A DNA stretch of 64,000 bases from NCBI GenBank assembly GCA_965214835.1, contig CBDCCK010000002.1:800001-864000 (forward strand), read 5' to 3'. The DNA is from Nitrosopumilaceae archaeon. Its GTDB lineage: Archaea > Thermoproteota > Nitrososphaeria > Nitrososphaerales > Nitrosopumilaceae. A program made the translations under genes and the position numbers. Shown here in pieces: positions 9,893-21,814 of this stretch (position 1 is its first letter; each line of letters begins with the position of its first letter). The notes beneath the pieces are model-generated. The model was given only the letters and a program-made list of their open reading frames with translations, did not search any database and was not told the DNA's origin.

Positions 9893-10524
9893 TACTTTCT
9901 CTTCTCCATGGCCGCCTTGACTTTTTTTAACTTTGCGAACTCCTCTCTTTCCCGCTCCTCAAGGGTTGCCAGGATGAACTTAATTCTTTGCTGATACTGG
10001 GGAATAATTACATTTTCTAGTGCGTTTAGAAGCTTTTGTGTTTTTTCTAGCGCCTTTGCAAGGCTAAATATGGAATTTTCATACTCTGCTGCCTTGCAGA
10101 TCTGTGGCAGGAGCACCTTGATCTGCTTTGCGGCCCTGTCAATCGAGGAGTTGGTATCGGCAAACCCGTAGGGCATCGATTTTGTGTCCCTTTCTGTCAC
10201 CTCCAGCGTAGGAATCTTGACGTCGACGACCCTTCTTACATGGACGTCCACCTCCATTACGGGCGGGGTGGATTCGGCAACAGAGTCGACCGTACTGCTC
10301 CCCAGCGCAAGATACGCCTCGTTTACCGACTTGTAGATGTCCTGCAGGGGATCCCAGATGCCGCCGCGGGCCCGGGATGCCTCGTCAATCATCTCCTCGA
10401 TATTTTTTAGCAGGACCTTTCTTTTGTCGTCTAGGATCTTCTGGACCATGGTTGCGACCTGGCTGGAGCGCTTGTACTTGAGAAGCTCAATCTTGGTTGC
10501 AGCAACGTTTTGTCCAAATGACAT
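9892..10524 (-). CDS. atpD: A-type ATP synthase subunit D
   Basis: ATKIELL, NALENVIIP, LEEREREEF. Confidence 0.95.
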   Translation of the reverse strand: MSFGQNVAATKIELLKYKRSSQVATMVQKILDDKRKVLLKNIEEMIDEASRARGGIWDPLQDIYKSVNEAYLALGSSTVDSVAESTPPVMEVDVHVRRVVDVKIPTLEVTERDTKSMPYGFADTNSSIDRAAKQIKVLLPQICKAAEYENSIFSLAKALEKTQKLLNALENVIIPQYQQRIKFILATLEEREREEFAKLKKVKAAMEKRK

Positions 10525-10528
10525 TTGG

Positions 10529-11914
10529 CTACTTTTCCTGGTAGTGCTGGTCTACGAACTTGTCTTTTACCTTGGTGAGCTCGTTTCTTGGCAGGTTTGA
10601 TACCACCTTCCAGAGAATCGCCAGCGACTCCTCGATGTTTCTGTTCTCGTCTATGGCCTGTGACAGGAACTCCCTCTCGAAGGTATCGCCCACGTCCATG
10701 TATTTCAGGTCAATATCAGTCAGTCCGGCCTTGCCTACGATGCCTGCAAGCGCCCTTACCTCCTGTGCCCTGGAGTAGGCGTCATAGTTCTGGTTTGAAA
10801 TCTCGCCGTGATCATCACGGGTCCTTCCCTCGCCGATTCCGTCCTTCATCAGCCTGCTAAGACTCATCAGGATGTTGACCGGCGGGTAGACCCCCTGCCT
10901 GAAGAGATCCCGTCCAAGCACGATCTGCCCCTCTGTGATGTATCCGGTAAGATCCGGAATCGGGTGGGTAATGTCGTCAGATGGCATGGATAGTATCGGA
11001 ACCTGTGTCACGCTGCCTTTTTTGCCAATGAGCTTTCCTGCCCTCTCATATATCGTTGAGAGGTCCGTATAGAGATATCCGGGATAGCCCTTTCTTCCAG
11101 GCACCTCCTCCCTTGCCGCGCTGATCTCCCTGAGCGCCTCTGCATAGTTTGTCATGTCAGTCAGGATAACTAGAACGTGCATGCCAAGATCGAATGCCAG
11201 GTACTCTGCAACCGTCAGTGCAACACGGGGGGTGATGATCCTCTCGATTGCGGGATCATCTGCCAGGTTCAAGAACAGGACGCTTCTCTTGAGCGCGCCG
11301 GATTCCTCCAGGCTTCTTTTAAAGTACTCTGCCTCGCTGTACTGCACGCCTATTGCCGCAAATACCACCGCAAAGTCGTCACCGGTGCCGACCACCGAGG
11401 CCTGTCTTGCAATCTGCGCGGCCAGGATGTTATGGGACATGCCGGAGCCCGAAAAGATCGGCAGCTTTTGGCCCCTTACCAGCGTAATCATGCCGTCAAT
11501 GACTGAGACGCCTGTTTGAATAAAGTCCTTTGGATACTCCCTTTGTTCGGGGTTCATCGGCTCGCCGTTAATGTCGATGAACTTGTCGGCGATGGGATCC
11601 GGCAGGCCGTCCTTTGGCCTTCCCAGTCCGTCAAAAACCCTGCCAAGCACCTCCCGGGATACCGGCATCTCCATTACCTTGCCTACGAACTTTGCCTTGG
11701 TTCCTGCTACCGACAGTCCGGTAGTGCCCTCGAATACCTGGACGATTGCCTTGCCGTTTCCGACCTCGAGTACCTTTCCCAGCCTGCGCTCCCCGTCCCT
11801 GGTTTCAACCTCGACTAGCTCGTCAAATGCCGCGCTCTCAACGTCGTCTACGATTACCAGAGGACCCTTGATCTCTGCAATCTTGCTGTACTGAATGCCG
11901 CCTTCTGCCGTCAA
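10529..11914 (-). CDS. atpB: A-type ATP synthase subunit B
   Basis: [25 protein letters not shown]. Confidence 0.97.
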   Translation of the reverse strand: MTAEGGIQYSKIAEIKGPLVIVDDVESAAFDELVEVETRDGERRLGKVLEVGNGKAIVQVFEGTTGLSVAGTKAKFVGKVMEMPVSREVLGRVFDGLGRPKDGLPDPIADKFIDINGEPMNPEQREYPKDFIQTGVSVIDGMITLVRGQKLPIFSGSGMSHNILAAQIARQASVVGTGDDFAVVFAAIGVQYSEAEYFKRSLEESGALKRSVLFLNLADDPAIERIITPRVALTVAEYLAFDLGMHVLVILTDMTNYAEALREISAAREEVPGRKGYPGYLYTDLSTIYERAGKLIGKKGSVTQVPILSMPSDDITHPIPDLTGYITEGQIVLGRDLFRQGVYPPVNILMSLSRLMKDGIGEGRTRDDHGEISNQNYDAYSRAQEVRALAGIVGKAGLTDIDLKYMDVGDTFEREFLSQAIDENRNIEESLAILWKVVSNLPRNELTKVKDKFVDQHYQEK

Positions 11915-13689
11915 CTGCTGACCTTTACTCCCGTAATGCTTTTGAACTGCTCATCCATGTCCCTTGCCAGCTGATCGAGCTTGTCCATCTCGTCGTCCTT
12001 TACCTCCATCCTTGCCTTGAGCAGCGAGGAGATGACTGACATTGCGCGGATGTCTGCCAGGTCTGCACCCTCCTTGAGTGCCAGGTTGCCGCGCTTGTAA
12101 AAGTCCACCAGCAGCTTTAGCAGCCTGAACTGCTTTTCCGTGCTGCAGTAGGTATCGACATCATCAAACGAGTTCTGCTGCAAGAGGCCGATCTTTACCA
12201 TTCTTGCGACCTCCAGTATCAGCTTTTCCTCGTCTGGCAGAGCCTCGGGGCCGAGAAGTCTGACGATTTCCTTGAGCGTATCCTCCCTCTGCAAGACGCC
12301 GTATGCCTCGCTCCTGAGGCCAAACCACTCGTCACTGACATTTTCGCCCCACCATTTTGCAATGTCTGCAAGATAGCCAGAATAGCTGTTCATCCAGTTA
12401 ATCGACGGATAATGCCTAGAGTATGCAAGCTTTGCATCTAGGGCCCAGAAGGTCTTGATGAACCTCATCGTGTGTGTTGTAACCGGCTCTGTAAAGTCTC
12501 CGCCGGACGGGGACACGGCACCGACAAGGGTCACCGAGCCGTCCCTGTCGGGACTGCCGACGGCACGTACGCGTCCTGCCCTCTCGTAGAATTCCGCCAG
12601 CCTAGATGCGAGATACGACGGATAGCCCTCCTCTGCAGGCATCTCCTCAAGGCGGCCGCTCATCTCCCTGAGCGCCTCTGCCCACCTGCTTGTAGAGTCC
12701 GCCACAAGGACGACGTCCTTGCCCATGTCCCTGTAGTATTCTGCAATTGTCACGCCTGTATAGATGCTCGCCTCCCTTGCCGCCACCGGCATGTTGCTTG
12801 TGTTTGCCACAAGGACGGTCCTGTCCATGAGCGGCTTGCCGGTTCTCGGATCCTTGAGCTCCGGGAACTCTACGAGTACCTCCGTCATCTCGTTTCCGCG
12901 CTCACCGCAGCCTATGTATACGACAACCTGCGAGTCTGCCCACTTTGCAATCTGGTGCAGTGTTACCGTCTTGCCGGTTCCAAACGCCCCGGGAATCGAG
13001 CCGGTGCCGCCCTTTGCGATAGGGAAGAACGTGTCGATGACCCGCTGCCCCGTGATGAGCGGAACCGTGGGATCATAGCGCGTCTTGTACGGACGGGGCT
13101 TTCTTACCGGCCATTTTTGATACATCTTGATGACGGCAGACCGTCCGTCCCTCTCGGTCGTTGCCAGATCAGTCTCCAGGTCATAGTCCCCCTCGGGAAC
13201 GATGCTGGTGACCCTTCCGCCCGGATGATCAGGGGACGCCATGATGCTGTGATCGATCAGGTCGGTCTCCTGGACCGTCCCAATTACGTTTCCCGGCTGG
13301 ACTTGATCGCCCACGCTGACGCTTGGTGTAAAGTGATATTTTTTGGTCATGTCGATCGGGGTCGTGGTAATGCCCCTCCCAATGAAGGAGCCAGACGCCT
13401 TGGACAGCTCCTTGAGCGGCCTTTGGATTCCGTCGTAGATTTGGCCGATGATGCCCGGCCCCAGCGTGACGCTCAGCGGGTTGCCGGTGCCAACCACGGG
13501 CTCGCCCGGCTTTAGGCCGCTGGTTGACTCGTAGACCTGGATGAATGCCACGTCCCCGGTAAGCCTGATGACCTCGCCTACCAGTTTTGAATCCCCGACA
13601 ATGACAGTCTCGTACATTTTGGCCTCAGACATTCCGTCTGCCTTGACTGCAGGACCACTGACCCAAACAATTCTGCCTTGTGCCGCCAT
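11911..13689 (-). CDS. atpA: A-type ATP synthase subunit A
   Basis: [26 protein letters not shown]; no intein. Confidence 0.97.
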   Translation of the reverse strand: MAAQGRIVWVSGPAVKADGMSEAKMYETVIVGDSKLVGEVIRLTGDVAFIQVYESTSGLKPGEPVVGTGNPLSVTLGPGIIGQIYDGIQRPLKELSKASGSFIGRGITTTPIDMTKKYHFTPSVSVGDQVQPGNVIGTVQETDLIDHSIMASPDHPGGRVTSIVPEGDYDLETDLATTERDGRSAVIKMYQKWPVRKPRPYKTRYDPTVPLITGQRVIDTFFPIAKGGTGSIPGAFGTGKTVTLHQIAKWADSQVVVYIGCGERGNEMTEVLVEFPELKDPRTGKPLMDRTVLVANTSNMPVAAREASIYTGVTIAEYYRDMGKDVVLVADSTSRWAEALREMSGRLEEMPAEEGYPSYLASRLAEFYERAGRVRAVGSPDRDGSVTLVGAVSPSGGDFTEPVTTHTMRFIKTFWALDAKLAYSRHYPSINWMNSYSGYLADIAKWWGENVSDEWFGLRSEAYGVLQREDTLKEIVRLLGPEALPDEEKLILEVARMVKIGLLQQNSFDDVDTYCSTEKQFRLLKLLVDFYKRGNLALKEGADLADIRAMSVISSLLKARMEVKDDEMDKLDQLARDMDEQFKSITGVKVSS

Positions 13690-13690
13690 G

Positions 13691-14290
13691 TTAATTTCCT
13701 AATCCGAATTTGGATGCGATTTCCTTCCTTATTAAAGGCTTCAGACGATCAAGTCTGGCATCCAGTGTGTTGTCAAAGGTCATCGATCCGTCCTTTGAGC
13801 TTGCCTGGACTCCCCCCATGCAGTCGATTGTTTCAGATGACAGTTCTGCGCCGGGGAGCCCGGACAGTGCGGACTGGACCACCTGCCTGTCTCTGTCGTT
13901 GCACAGAATCGTGACGTCTGACGTGCCCAAGATTTTGACCGATTCGTCCAAAAGGGCGCCAATTAGTTTGGAATAATCGTCATTTCTTTCCGTATTTTTT
14001 ATCTGATCGACTGCTTTTGCAAAGGCCTTGCCGACTGACTCTTCGATTAGTACAAGCTGCTTGTTGCGCGCATCTAGGTCGGCACTGCCGATGATCTGCT
14101 TTTCGATCTTTTCTGCCTCCTTTTTGCCGTCTGCTATGATCTTGTCATACTCGTCACCCAGCGAGGCTACTGCATCGTCAAGGGATCTGCTGCAGCCATC
14201 AAGTGTTTCCTGCAGCTTGGAGACGATGTTGCCTTCGGTTTCGTCAAGGATTTTGCCTATGGTGCGTTCCAAGGCAGCATCTGAGGTCAA
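13691..14290 (-). CDS. atpE: A-type ATP synthase subunit E
   Basis: Coiled-coil N-terminus, MGGV...DG...FDNTLDARL. Confidence 0.92.
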   Translation of the reverse strand: MTSDAALERTIGKILDETEGNIVSKLQETLDGCSRSLDDAVASLGDEYDKIIADGKKEAEKIEKQIIGSADLDARNKQLVLIEESVGKAFAKAVDQIKNTERNDDYSKLIGALLDESVKILGTSDVTILCNDRDRQVVQSALSGLPGAELSSETIDCMGGVQASSKDGSMTFDNTLDARLDRLKPLIRKEIASKFGLGN

Positions 14291-14376
14291 TAGTTGGCAG
14301 TCCCTGCATAATGGATTTTAATGTTTGGGAGTTTCAGAGTGGTTTTGGAAAGATATTAAAATCTGAGAAAAAACGG

Positions 14377-16488
14377 ATGGATATCTTGGCAGTGGCGGAT
14401 CTCAGACTCGGAAGCGTGATTTTACCAAGAAGCGAGTCCCCGCAGGCAATCTCCAGGCTGGCAGAGTTCGAGTGGTTTCACAAGATCGACGGCGAGGGCG
14501 ACCTGGTCACCCCGGAGGTCGACGACCTGCTCCTCAGGGCACAGCAGACCTTTCAGGACATCGACGAGGTAGTAAGGGGCCTAGGGATCCCGCCGACCGT
14601 TGGAATCCTCGAGATCCTGTTCAAGGGGACGGTAATCAAGAAAAAGGACTATGAGGTCGACGAGGTCGAAGGCATGGTCTTGGACTTGGAGAAAAGGGCC
14701 CCCGGAGTCATTGAAAGGCCGGCAAAGCTGCTGGCCGAGGAGGCAGACACAAGGCGCGGACTGGAGGAATACACCTCCCTGAGGGACACCTTGGGAGTCG
14801 CCAAGAGGCTCAGCATCGACCTGTCGGGATTTGGCCTCATGAGGTATTTTTATACCAACCTGTTCGTGGTTGCCAGGTCGGACTTTGAAGAGATCAGGAG
14901 GACGCTGGATGACATCACGCTATACAAGTATGACCTGGACGGCAAGGAAAGCTCTGCCGTACTGGTAATCTCAGCAACCCAGGACTCCGAGAGGGTCCTC
15001 AAGGTGATGAGGAGCTTCAATGCAGGCCCGTTTGTCATTCCCGAGGGCATGCCGCAGGTTCCAAGCGAGGCATACGCGCTGGCAGAGTCCAAGATCAAGG
15101 AGCTGGCCGCCAGGCAGAAATCAATCGCAAAGGAGCTGCGCGGGATCGCCAAGGGAATCAGAAGGGACATCCTGTCGATTCACGAGGCCGCCGCGGTGGC
15201 AAAGGACGTCCTAGAGACGGTAAGAAAGCCGGGCGGGACCAGCAACTTTGCGGTAATCCAGGGCTACATTCCAAGGTCGATGGAGGCCGAGTTCAAAAAG
15301 GCGACCAGCAAGTGGACCTCGATTTCCGAGGAGATTACCGACGCCAAGCTGCTGGAGGATGCGCCGACGCTGTTTGATAACAAGCGATTTGTCAGGACGT
15401 TTGAGGTGATAACCCAGAGCCAGGGCATCCCGAAGAAGGGGGAGGCGGATCCCACCCCGATGATTGCACTGATGTGGCCGATCTTTTACGGCATAATGTT
15501 TGCAGACGTGGGCCACGGACTGCTGCTCATGGGAATGGGGCTCTTGTTCAAGGTCAAGGGACAGGGCGTCCTTTCAAGATGGGGGATGCTCATTGCGATC
15601 TCCGGTGCGGCGTCTGCGATAGCGGGGGTCGGTGCGGGGGAGGCCTTTGGATACCACATCGATCACCTGCAGCCGTTTGAGGCGCTGCTGGAGGCAGGGG
15701 GGCCCCTGCATCCGGTAAGCTGGATAGTCGGAATGATCAGCGTGGCAGAGCTGACGTTTGAGCAGGTAATCGACATACTCAAGGTATCGCTGTTCCTCGG
15801 AATCATCCACCTGGTCTGGGCGATGGTCCTCAGAATCAGGGTCCTGCTAAGACACGGCCACAGGTTCGTGGCGTTCACGGAGGCAGTTCCAAACATCGCG
15901 CTTTATGGCGGAATCGTCGTCATCATGATGTGTGCCATCGGCTCAAACTATGACGTGATGAACATGTACTCCAAGGTCCACCAGGAGGACGTTCCATGGG
16001 TTACAATGTTCCTGGGCGACTGGGCGAAGGTATGGATTGTCACAAGAATCGCAGTCGTTATAGTGCTGGCCTCGATGGTCCTGATGATGATCGGCGGGGT
16101 AATGCATGCAAAGAGGCATCCAGAGGAGGGTGGCAGTGCCGCAAACGTCATCATGGAGGTCCTGCTGGGAAAGACCGTGGAGAGTCTTGCGCATACGATC
16201 AGTTATGCGCGGCTTGGAATCATGCTGCTGGTGCACGCGGCCCTGCTGCTTACGGTAAACAACGCATACGGCTCACTGGGCGGCATCGAATCCCCGGGCG
16301 CATGGGCCATGATCATCGGGGGAAACCTGGGAATCATGATGATCGAGGGGCTGATCGTGTACATCCAGTCCCTCAGGCTGCACCTGTACGAGTTCTTTAC
16401 GAAATGGTACGCGGGCGGCGCACGGCCGTTCAGGCAGATTCGGCCGGAGCTGATCTACAACCAGTTCCGCTGGAAGCCGGCAGGCTAG
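14377..16488 (+). CDS. atpI: A-type ATP synthase subunit a/I
   Basis: DPTP, FYGIMFADVGHG, SYARL, LRLHLYEFF. Confidence 0.95.
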   Translation: MDILAVADLRLGSVILPRSESPQAISRLAEFEWFHKIDGEGDLVTPEVDDLLLRAQQTFQDIDEVVRGLGIPPTVGILEILFKGTVIKKKDYEVDEVEGMVLDLEKRAPGVIERPAKLLAEEADTRRGLEEYTSLRDTLGVAKRLSIDLSGFGLMRYFYTNLFVVARSDFEEIRRTLDDITLYKYDLDGKESSAVLVISATQDSERVLKVMRSFNAGPFVIPEGMPQVPSEAYALAESKIKELAARQKSIAKELRGIAKGIRRDILSIHEAAAVAKDVLETVRKPGGTSNFAVIQGYIPRSMEAEFKKATSKWTSISEEITDAKLLEDAPTLFDNKRFVRTFEVITQSQGIPKKGEADPTPMIALMWPIFYGIMFADVGHGLLLMGMGLLFKVKGQGVLSRWGMLIAISGAASAIAGVGAGEAFGYHIDHLQPFEALLEAGGPLHPVSWIVGMISVAELTFEQVIDILKVSLFLGIIHLVWAMVLRIRVLLRHGHRFVAFTEAVPNIALYGGIVVIMMCAIGSNYDVMNMYSKVHQEDVPWVTMFLGDWAKVWIVTRIAVVIVLASMVLMMIGGVMHAKRHPEEGGSAANVIMEVLLGKTVESLAHTISYARLGIMLLVHAALLLTVNNAYGSLGGIESPGAWAMIIGGNLGIMMIEGLIVYIQSLRLHLYEFFTKWYAGGARPFRQIRPELIYNQFRWKPAG

Positions 16489-16579
16489 GCTCTTTTTTGG
16501 CACGCCGGACCAGAGATTGCGCCCCGAGAGGTAACATCTCTGGCTTAGAGATCTGGCCACCAAACCAAGGAAAATCCGA

Positions 16580-16710
16580 ATCCGGCGAAGTTCCATATCC
16601 CCAATTTCACACAGAACCAAAAACCGGAACAGTCCAATGGAAATAATGGGTAATGGTGACTAGGGTCGGAGAATATCCATGTTTCAGGTCTCGAAGATTA
16701 CACAGAACCA
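16580..16710 (-). mobile_element. Two IS6-like terminal repeats (…ACACAGAACC)
   Basis: Match the GGTTCTGTGTAA ends at about 38624, 47626, 47698 and 54421; a GGTTCTGT start is typical of IS6. Confidence 0.6.
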
Positions 16711-16753
16711 AACAGAAATAAATTTAATTAGCATGCTATAATTGGTGAGCTAG

Positions 16754-16873
16754 ATGACTACAATTTCTAAAGTAAAACATGGCTTGGGCCGAAAACAAAA
16801 AGGGGAGGATGTAATTGCATGCACCTACCAAAACGCTGATAAAGCAGTAGCGGCAATTCTAAAACGACTCTAA
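16754..16873 (+). CDS. Putative 39-aa antitoxin
   Basis: MTTISKVKHGLGRKQKGEDVIACTYQNADKAVAAILKRL; stop abuts the TTG of the next gene. Confidence 0.45.
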   Translation: MTTISKVKHGLGRKQKGEDVIACTYQNADKAVAAILKRL

Positions 16874-17141
16874 TTGACCTTTCAAGTTTTCCCTTTCTAA
16901 ACTTTTTAACGATCATGTGGCATACCTAAAAGAATCAGAAGATCCTATTACTTACAAGCGTGTAGCACAAAACATCAAAACAACCGTTAAAAATTTAGAG
17001 AAATTAGAAAAGTCTGGAAGTACGGTGCATGAAATGAGTATGAGAAATGACGTTCCAACGACTAAATACACAGTTGTTTACAAAGTAAAAGTTAATCCCA
17101 AGAAAAAAGTAGTTGTTAAAAAAATACTAAAGCGCCGATAA
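16874..17141 (+). pseudogene. RelE/ParE-like toxin with +1 frameshift near 16895
   Basis: Restored MTFQVFPSKLFNDHVAYLK…YTVVYKVKVNPKKKVVVKKILKRR; very basic, RelE-like C-terminus. Confidence 0.5.
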
Positions 17142-17243
17142 ACAGGTTATTTGTAACCATATGTGTCTCAAAAACAAAATTCAGATGGTGTCAAGATAAA
17201 CTGCAATGTAAATATACAGATTATTGTAAAAAAGAGGATACGC

Positions 17244-17505
17244 ATGAAATCAAAGGGGGTGCAGCAGTATGTCTGCCCGGACGTGAACAAGGAGTCCATC
17301 CAGGTTGCAGTGATAAACAAGGACGGCAGGGTGCTGAGGAACGCAAGAATCAGCAACAAGGACGGCGAGATAAGAGAGATGTTTGCAAAGATTCCGAAGA
17401 ACGCTAGGTGCATCATGGAGTCTTCCTCCGTGTGGTACGGGCTGTTCAGACTCATTGCCGACGATCTCAAAAGAGACGTGATCCTCTCAAACCCCTTTAA
17501 CAGTA
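17244..17505 (+). pseudogene. IS110-family transposase N-terminal fragment
   Basis: YV..DV.KESIQVAVIN, CIMESSSVWY, VILSNP. Confidence 0.85.
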
Positions 17506-17654
17506 GACGGAAATGTACCCCATCCCCAACCTCCAGCAGGCAGCATAAAAGAATCCACCCAAAGCGTGAGTAAATCTAGATCCAATGATCTATCTGCAAG
17601 GCGCCCCTACCCGTCATAATGCGCAAACAAAAAAACTGGCAAAAACACCGTATC

Positions 17655-18130
17655 TGTGTTATATGGAAATAATGTCCGCTATTCATTGATGTCTCTCTCC
17701 ATCCATCTGGGGTCAGATTTCCTGATCGCGTCCGTGGCCGTCTTGGCCGAGAACGCCATGATGGGCGTCCGGCGGTTGGCTATGTCCAATCCAAAGTGCA
17801 GCCTGCGCTCGTTATAGTACTTGACGTATGCGGCCAAGCTCTCATGGTAGCGGATTTCCCTCCCCATGCTGCCGTGGAGCCATTCCAGCAGCTCGGCCTC
17901 AGGCCATCGGCTTCCACGCCCCCCGGGCATGCTCTTCTTGCTGCGGCCGCCGTTGAAGCACCTGCCGTTGTCAGACAGTATGGATGCAGGCGTGCCAAAT
18001 TTGTCTATGACCTCCCCGAGTGTTGCAACCACGTTCTCGGAGGTGGACTAGGCAAACGTCCGCGCCGCCGCTATACACCGCGGGAGGAATCGTCCAGAAA
18101 CGTGACCAGTTTGAGCCCTCAGGTGTGGGC
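17655..18130 (-). mobile_element. IS481-family remnant (3' half and right end)
   Basis: FLDDSSR, ILSDNGRCF, YYNERRLH; terminal TGT/ACA. Confidence 0.85.
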
Positions 18131-18260
18131 CAGGACACCTCCCTGCCTTTCTCCAGATCTCAGGCGAGTCTAGTTTTCCGTACGATATACTCTACCGTCT
18201 GGATCAAACGTGTGGTTTTTTTTAAAAATCCCGCGAATGCAGGATTTTGCAGCCAAGGGA

Positions 18261-19049
18261 TCAGATCGGCGGCTTTCTGTCAACCGGAAGCCCGGGACGG
18301 TTCCCCCACTCCCCCCAGGAGCCCAGGTAAACCCTGACATTTGTGAATCCGATTTTTCTGAGCGCCAGAAACGAGCTGGCGGCACGATATGCCCCGTGGC
18401 AGTAGGTCACAATCTGAGAGTCCCTCTGCATCTTGTACAGCCCGCGCAGTTCTGCGTCCTCCCTGACGGTCCCGTCATCGCTGAGGTTTTCGCGCCAGTC
18501 GATGTTGATGGCCCCCGGGATGTGGCCCGGGTTTGCGGCCCTGATCGTGGTGCCGCTGTACTCGCCCTCGGAGCGGGCATCGATTATGGTGAGGCTGCCA
18601 AGATTGTCCACGATCTCCTCGTATCCGATTATGATGCCGGGGTTGACCTTTCCTGAAAACTCGGATGGGGAAAACCCGTTGGGCCGGGTCTCGGTTGGAA
18701 GGCCTTGGGATCTCCATTTTCTGATGCCCCCGTCCAGCATGGACGCGTCAGGATGTGAAAAATATATCAGCATCCAGACGCCCCTGGCCGCCAGCATTCC
18801 GGATACGTCGTCGTAGAACACCACCTTTTTTGAGGAATCGACTCCGGCAAAGGACAGCAGCTGCCTTGCCTGATCATTGAATGCCTCGATTCCCGCAGGC
18901 GTGGTATCAAGCCAGTGAAAGGCAAACAGATCCAGGTTTACCGCCCCCGGCAGATGTCCCTCGGAATAGTCCCCAAACGACCTGCAGTCGACCAGTACAA
19001 GGCCGGGGTCGCCTAGAATCCCCTCAAGCTCCGAGGCCCGGATGAGCAT
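18261..19049 (-). CDS. Tandem rhodanese sulfurtransferase
   Basis: GHLPGA, GHIPGA, YCHGAYRA, YLGSWGEW. Confidence 0.93.
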   Translation of the reverse strand: MLIRASELEGILGDPGLVLVDCRSFGDYSEGHLPGAVNLDLFAFHWLDTTPAGIEAFNDQARQLLSFAGVDSSKKVVFYDDVSGMLAARGVWMLIYFSHPDASMLDGGIRKWRSQGLPTETRPNGFSPSEFSGKVNPGIIIGYEEIVDNLGSLTIIDARSEGEYSGTTIRAANPGHIPGAINIDWRENLSDDGTVREDAELRGLYKMQRDSQIVTYCHGAYRAASSFLALRKIGFTNVRVYLGSWGEWGNRPGLPVDRKPPI

Positions 19050-19126
19050 GTCTTTTCTGGGGATCGGGGCCGTATATCACTTGTCTTGAGGATTTCAAAG
19101 ATAAAAAGGAAAAGAAAGGAGGTTTT

Positions 19127-20686
19127 CTATTCGTTGACGTATGCTCTTTCGCCGTGTTGTGCGAGGTCGAGGCCAATCTCCTCTTCTTTGGGAGTGACTC
19201 TTATTCCACCAGGCCAAACAACATCCATTACTTTGAGTATTACAATCGTAATACCAAACGCATAGCCTATTGAGATGGCAGCTGCGACAATACTGAGACC
19301 CTGTGTCTCGTATCCCTCCGGAGTGCCGGTCCACGCACCAATACCGTCTCCGGTATCCCAGATGTGCGGACTAGCCAGTGTGCCAGTCAAGATTGCACCG
19401 GTGAGACCACCCATTCCGTGTACTCCCCACACGTCGAGTGCGTCGTCCCATTTACGGGCGTTCTTGAATGCAACACATCCATAACAGACTGTACCTGCTG
19501 CGATACCCATGATGATAGCGGCCATTGGCCCAACCCAACCAGAAGCTGGCGTGATTGTGACAAGTCCTGCTATCGTACCGGTTGCAGCGCCGACTATACT
19601 TGGCTTACCTGTATGAGCCCAGCTCATCAATACCCAAGTAACTGTAGCCATACCGGTAGCAATGTTGGTTACTACCCAAGCACTGACAGTAATTCCGTCT
19701 ACCATCACTTCACTGCCTGCGTTGAAGCCGAACCAACCGAACCATAAAATGGATGCACCGAGTACAACCATTGGTACGTTGTGTGGCTCCATTGGAACCT
19801 TGCCATAACCGAGTCTTCGGCCAAGCAGTAAGGCTCCTGCCAACGCAGAGAATCCTGAAGAGATGTGAACGACGGTACCGCCAGCAAAGTCAAGCGCACC
19901 AGACGGACTCAGATTTGGATCCAAGTCAAGCTGGCCAATCAGTCCACCACCCCATACCCAGTGGGCAATCGGATCGTAGACAAATGTTCCCCACAGGAGA
20001 ACAAAGATTACCAGTGCGCTGAATTTGATTCTGTCAATTAGTCCACCAACGATTAAGATTGGTGTGATAATTGCGAATGTGCCCTGGAATGCCATGAATA
20101 GTTGGTGTGGAACGGTACCTGGCCAATCTTGACTGCATATTTCATCTTCGTGGAAGACCTGCATCTGGTATGCAGCAGACCATGTATCAGTACAAGGACC
20201 TGCAGCACCAAGAGGTGCATAGTGAGAAACCATGTTGAGGCCGGCATAATCCAAGCCACCCATGTACAGGTTTCCTGCTTCGTCATCGTTTGGACCAAAG
20301 GCCAGTGAGTATCCAAAGACGGCCCATTGGGCTGCCATCAGACCCATGACGACTAGACACATACCAATTGCGTTTACAGCGTTCTTTGATCTGGCTAGGC
20401 CGCCATAGAAGAATGCTACACCGGGACTCATGAAGAGTACCATTGATGTTGCCATGAGCATCCATGCCGTATCTCCCGTATCAATTCTACAGGGAAGCAT
20501 GTTGCCTTCGCCATCATCAAACCAGCACTCGTTTGGGTTTCCTGTGTAAATTCCACTGGTTCCTAAAACATATCCGTCCATTCCATCGCTAACCTGCTGT
20601 GCAAATGCCTGTGACATTGCACCGGTTGCGGTAACGGCTACGGCTGCCACAAGTAATAGAGCATACTTGTGGTTCCTAGAATTCAT
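19127..20686 (-). CDS. amt: Ammonium transporter
   Basis: DFAGGTVVH, WFGWFGFNAGS, DDALDVWGVHG. Confidence 0.97.
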   Translation of the reverse strand: MNSRNHKYALLLVAAVAVTATGAMSQAFAQQVSDGMDGYVLGTSGIYTGNPNECWFDDGEGNMLPCRIDTGDTAWMLMATSMVLFMSPGVAFFYGGLARSKNAVNAIGMCLVVMGLMAAQWAVFGYSLAFGPNDDEAGNLYMGGLDYAGLNMVSHYAPLGAAGPCTDTWSAAYQMQVFHEDEICSQDWPGTVPHQLFMAFQGTFAIITPILIVGGLIDRIKFSALVIFVLLWGTFVYDPIAHWVWGGGLIGQLDLDPNLSPSGALDFAGGTVVHISSGFSALAGALLLGRRLGYGKVPMEPHNVPMVVLGASILWFGWFGFNAGSEVMVDGITVSAWVVTNIATGMATVTWVLMSWAHTGKPSIVGAATGTIAGLVTITPASGWVGPMAAIIMGIAAGTVCYGCVAFKNARKWDDALDVWGVHGMGGLTGAILTGTLASPHIWDTGDGIGAWTGTPEGYETQGLSIVAAAISIGYAFGITIVILKVMDVVWPGGIRVTPKEEEIGLDLAQHGERAYVNE

Positions 20687-20940
20687 TGATCAATCCAATT
20701 TTTGAAATTATATAAGCATAAAGATTTTAGAATCACAGAAAATGTAAATTGTTATATTTCAGTAAATTAAGATAGTATCATAAATTGAGGAAATTATGCT
20801 ATTCTAGAGGCGCGAAATCATGAGGTATGAGAAGAAAAAGGCAGACGACGCAAACTATGGGGATGGCGGCTATTTCTATGCTAGTGATGATTTCCATGGC
20901 GTAGACGGCAGCTCATCCCGGAACGTCTGCTGAAATACTG

Positions 20941-21612
20941 ATGGGTACCATGGCCAAATCCGATAAGACTGCAAGGCTGTCGATCTTTGATACCTTCAAG
21001 ACAAAAACCAACCAGCTGACAGGGGAGGCCACGAGGCAGAGATCCATTATCTCAATTCTGGCATCAAACAGCAATCCCACAGAGAATACCAGAACCGCGA
21101 TTGCCCAAACCATTGCAGGGAGGAACAGGATTCCCTGGAAGAACATCTATTCGGGAATTTTTAGGGATTTTGATGAGATCCTGATTCCATTGGAGCTGGT
21201 CAGGGAGGAGGGCAGGCTGCCGCTAAAGCGGGGACCTAGGGCACTGCAGGAAAAAGGCGTCCCATACTATGAATTGACGGAAAAGGGCAGGATTGTAGCG
21301 CTGTCATTTGACTCTGGGAGAAGAGACGCCATGCTCGGGCAGTTTCTCAGTAACAACAAAGACGATGCCCAGATCAGGGCCCTAGCAGAGCTGAGTAGAT
21401 TCTCACCAAGGTTTGTCTTTTCAATATTTGAGAACTATGTGAGGGGGTACTGCAACTCGACGATCAAAAGCCTGACCCCGTTTTCCTCAGACAAGATCAG
21501 GCAGACTCAGAGGGATGTCCTAGTAGTATACAAGGAACTGCTAGAGGGGGTCTCAAAGATGGACAAGGCCAACGGACGAGCATTCTCGGACTTTCTAGAC
21601 TCTGCAACCTAG
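20941..21612 (+). CDS. Winged-helix-like protein divergent from amt
   Basis: HTH-like TRTAIAQ…, wing YYELTEKG. Confidence 0.7.
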   Translation: MGTMAKSDKTARLSIFDTFKTKTNQLTGEATRQRSIISILASNSNPTENTRTAIAQTIAGRNRIPWKNIYSGIFRDFDEILIPLELVREEGRLPLKRGPRALQEKGVPYYELTEKGRIVALSFDSGRRDAMLGQFLSNNKDDAQIRALAELSRFSPRFVFSIFENYVRGYCNSTIKSLTPFSSDKIRQTQRDVLVVYKELLEGVSKMDKANGRAFSDFLDSAT

Positions 21613-21814
21613 GGCGGACGCAGCAGATCTGGGTCATTGCAGCATGACGCGGGTTTTGCTGCACGGGGGACTTGCATGACTGAAGGTTGGACAGTAGTGC
21701 ACGCATCAAAAATTGCAACATAATTTTGACATATCATAAACAGACAAAATTCATAGCATCAGGATGGTCAGGCCAGCCATTTTGTGACTGGCAACGATTC
21801 CATGCACAGGATGC

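Noticed and set aside
19127-20686. Atypical codon usage of amt as horizontal transfer
   Set aside because: More simply explained by high-expression codon bias of a core gene
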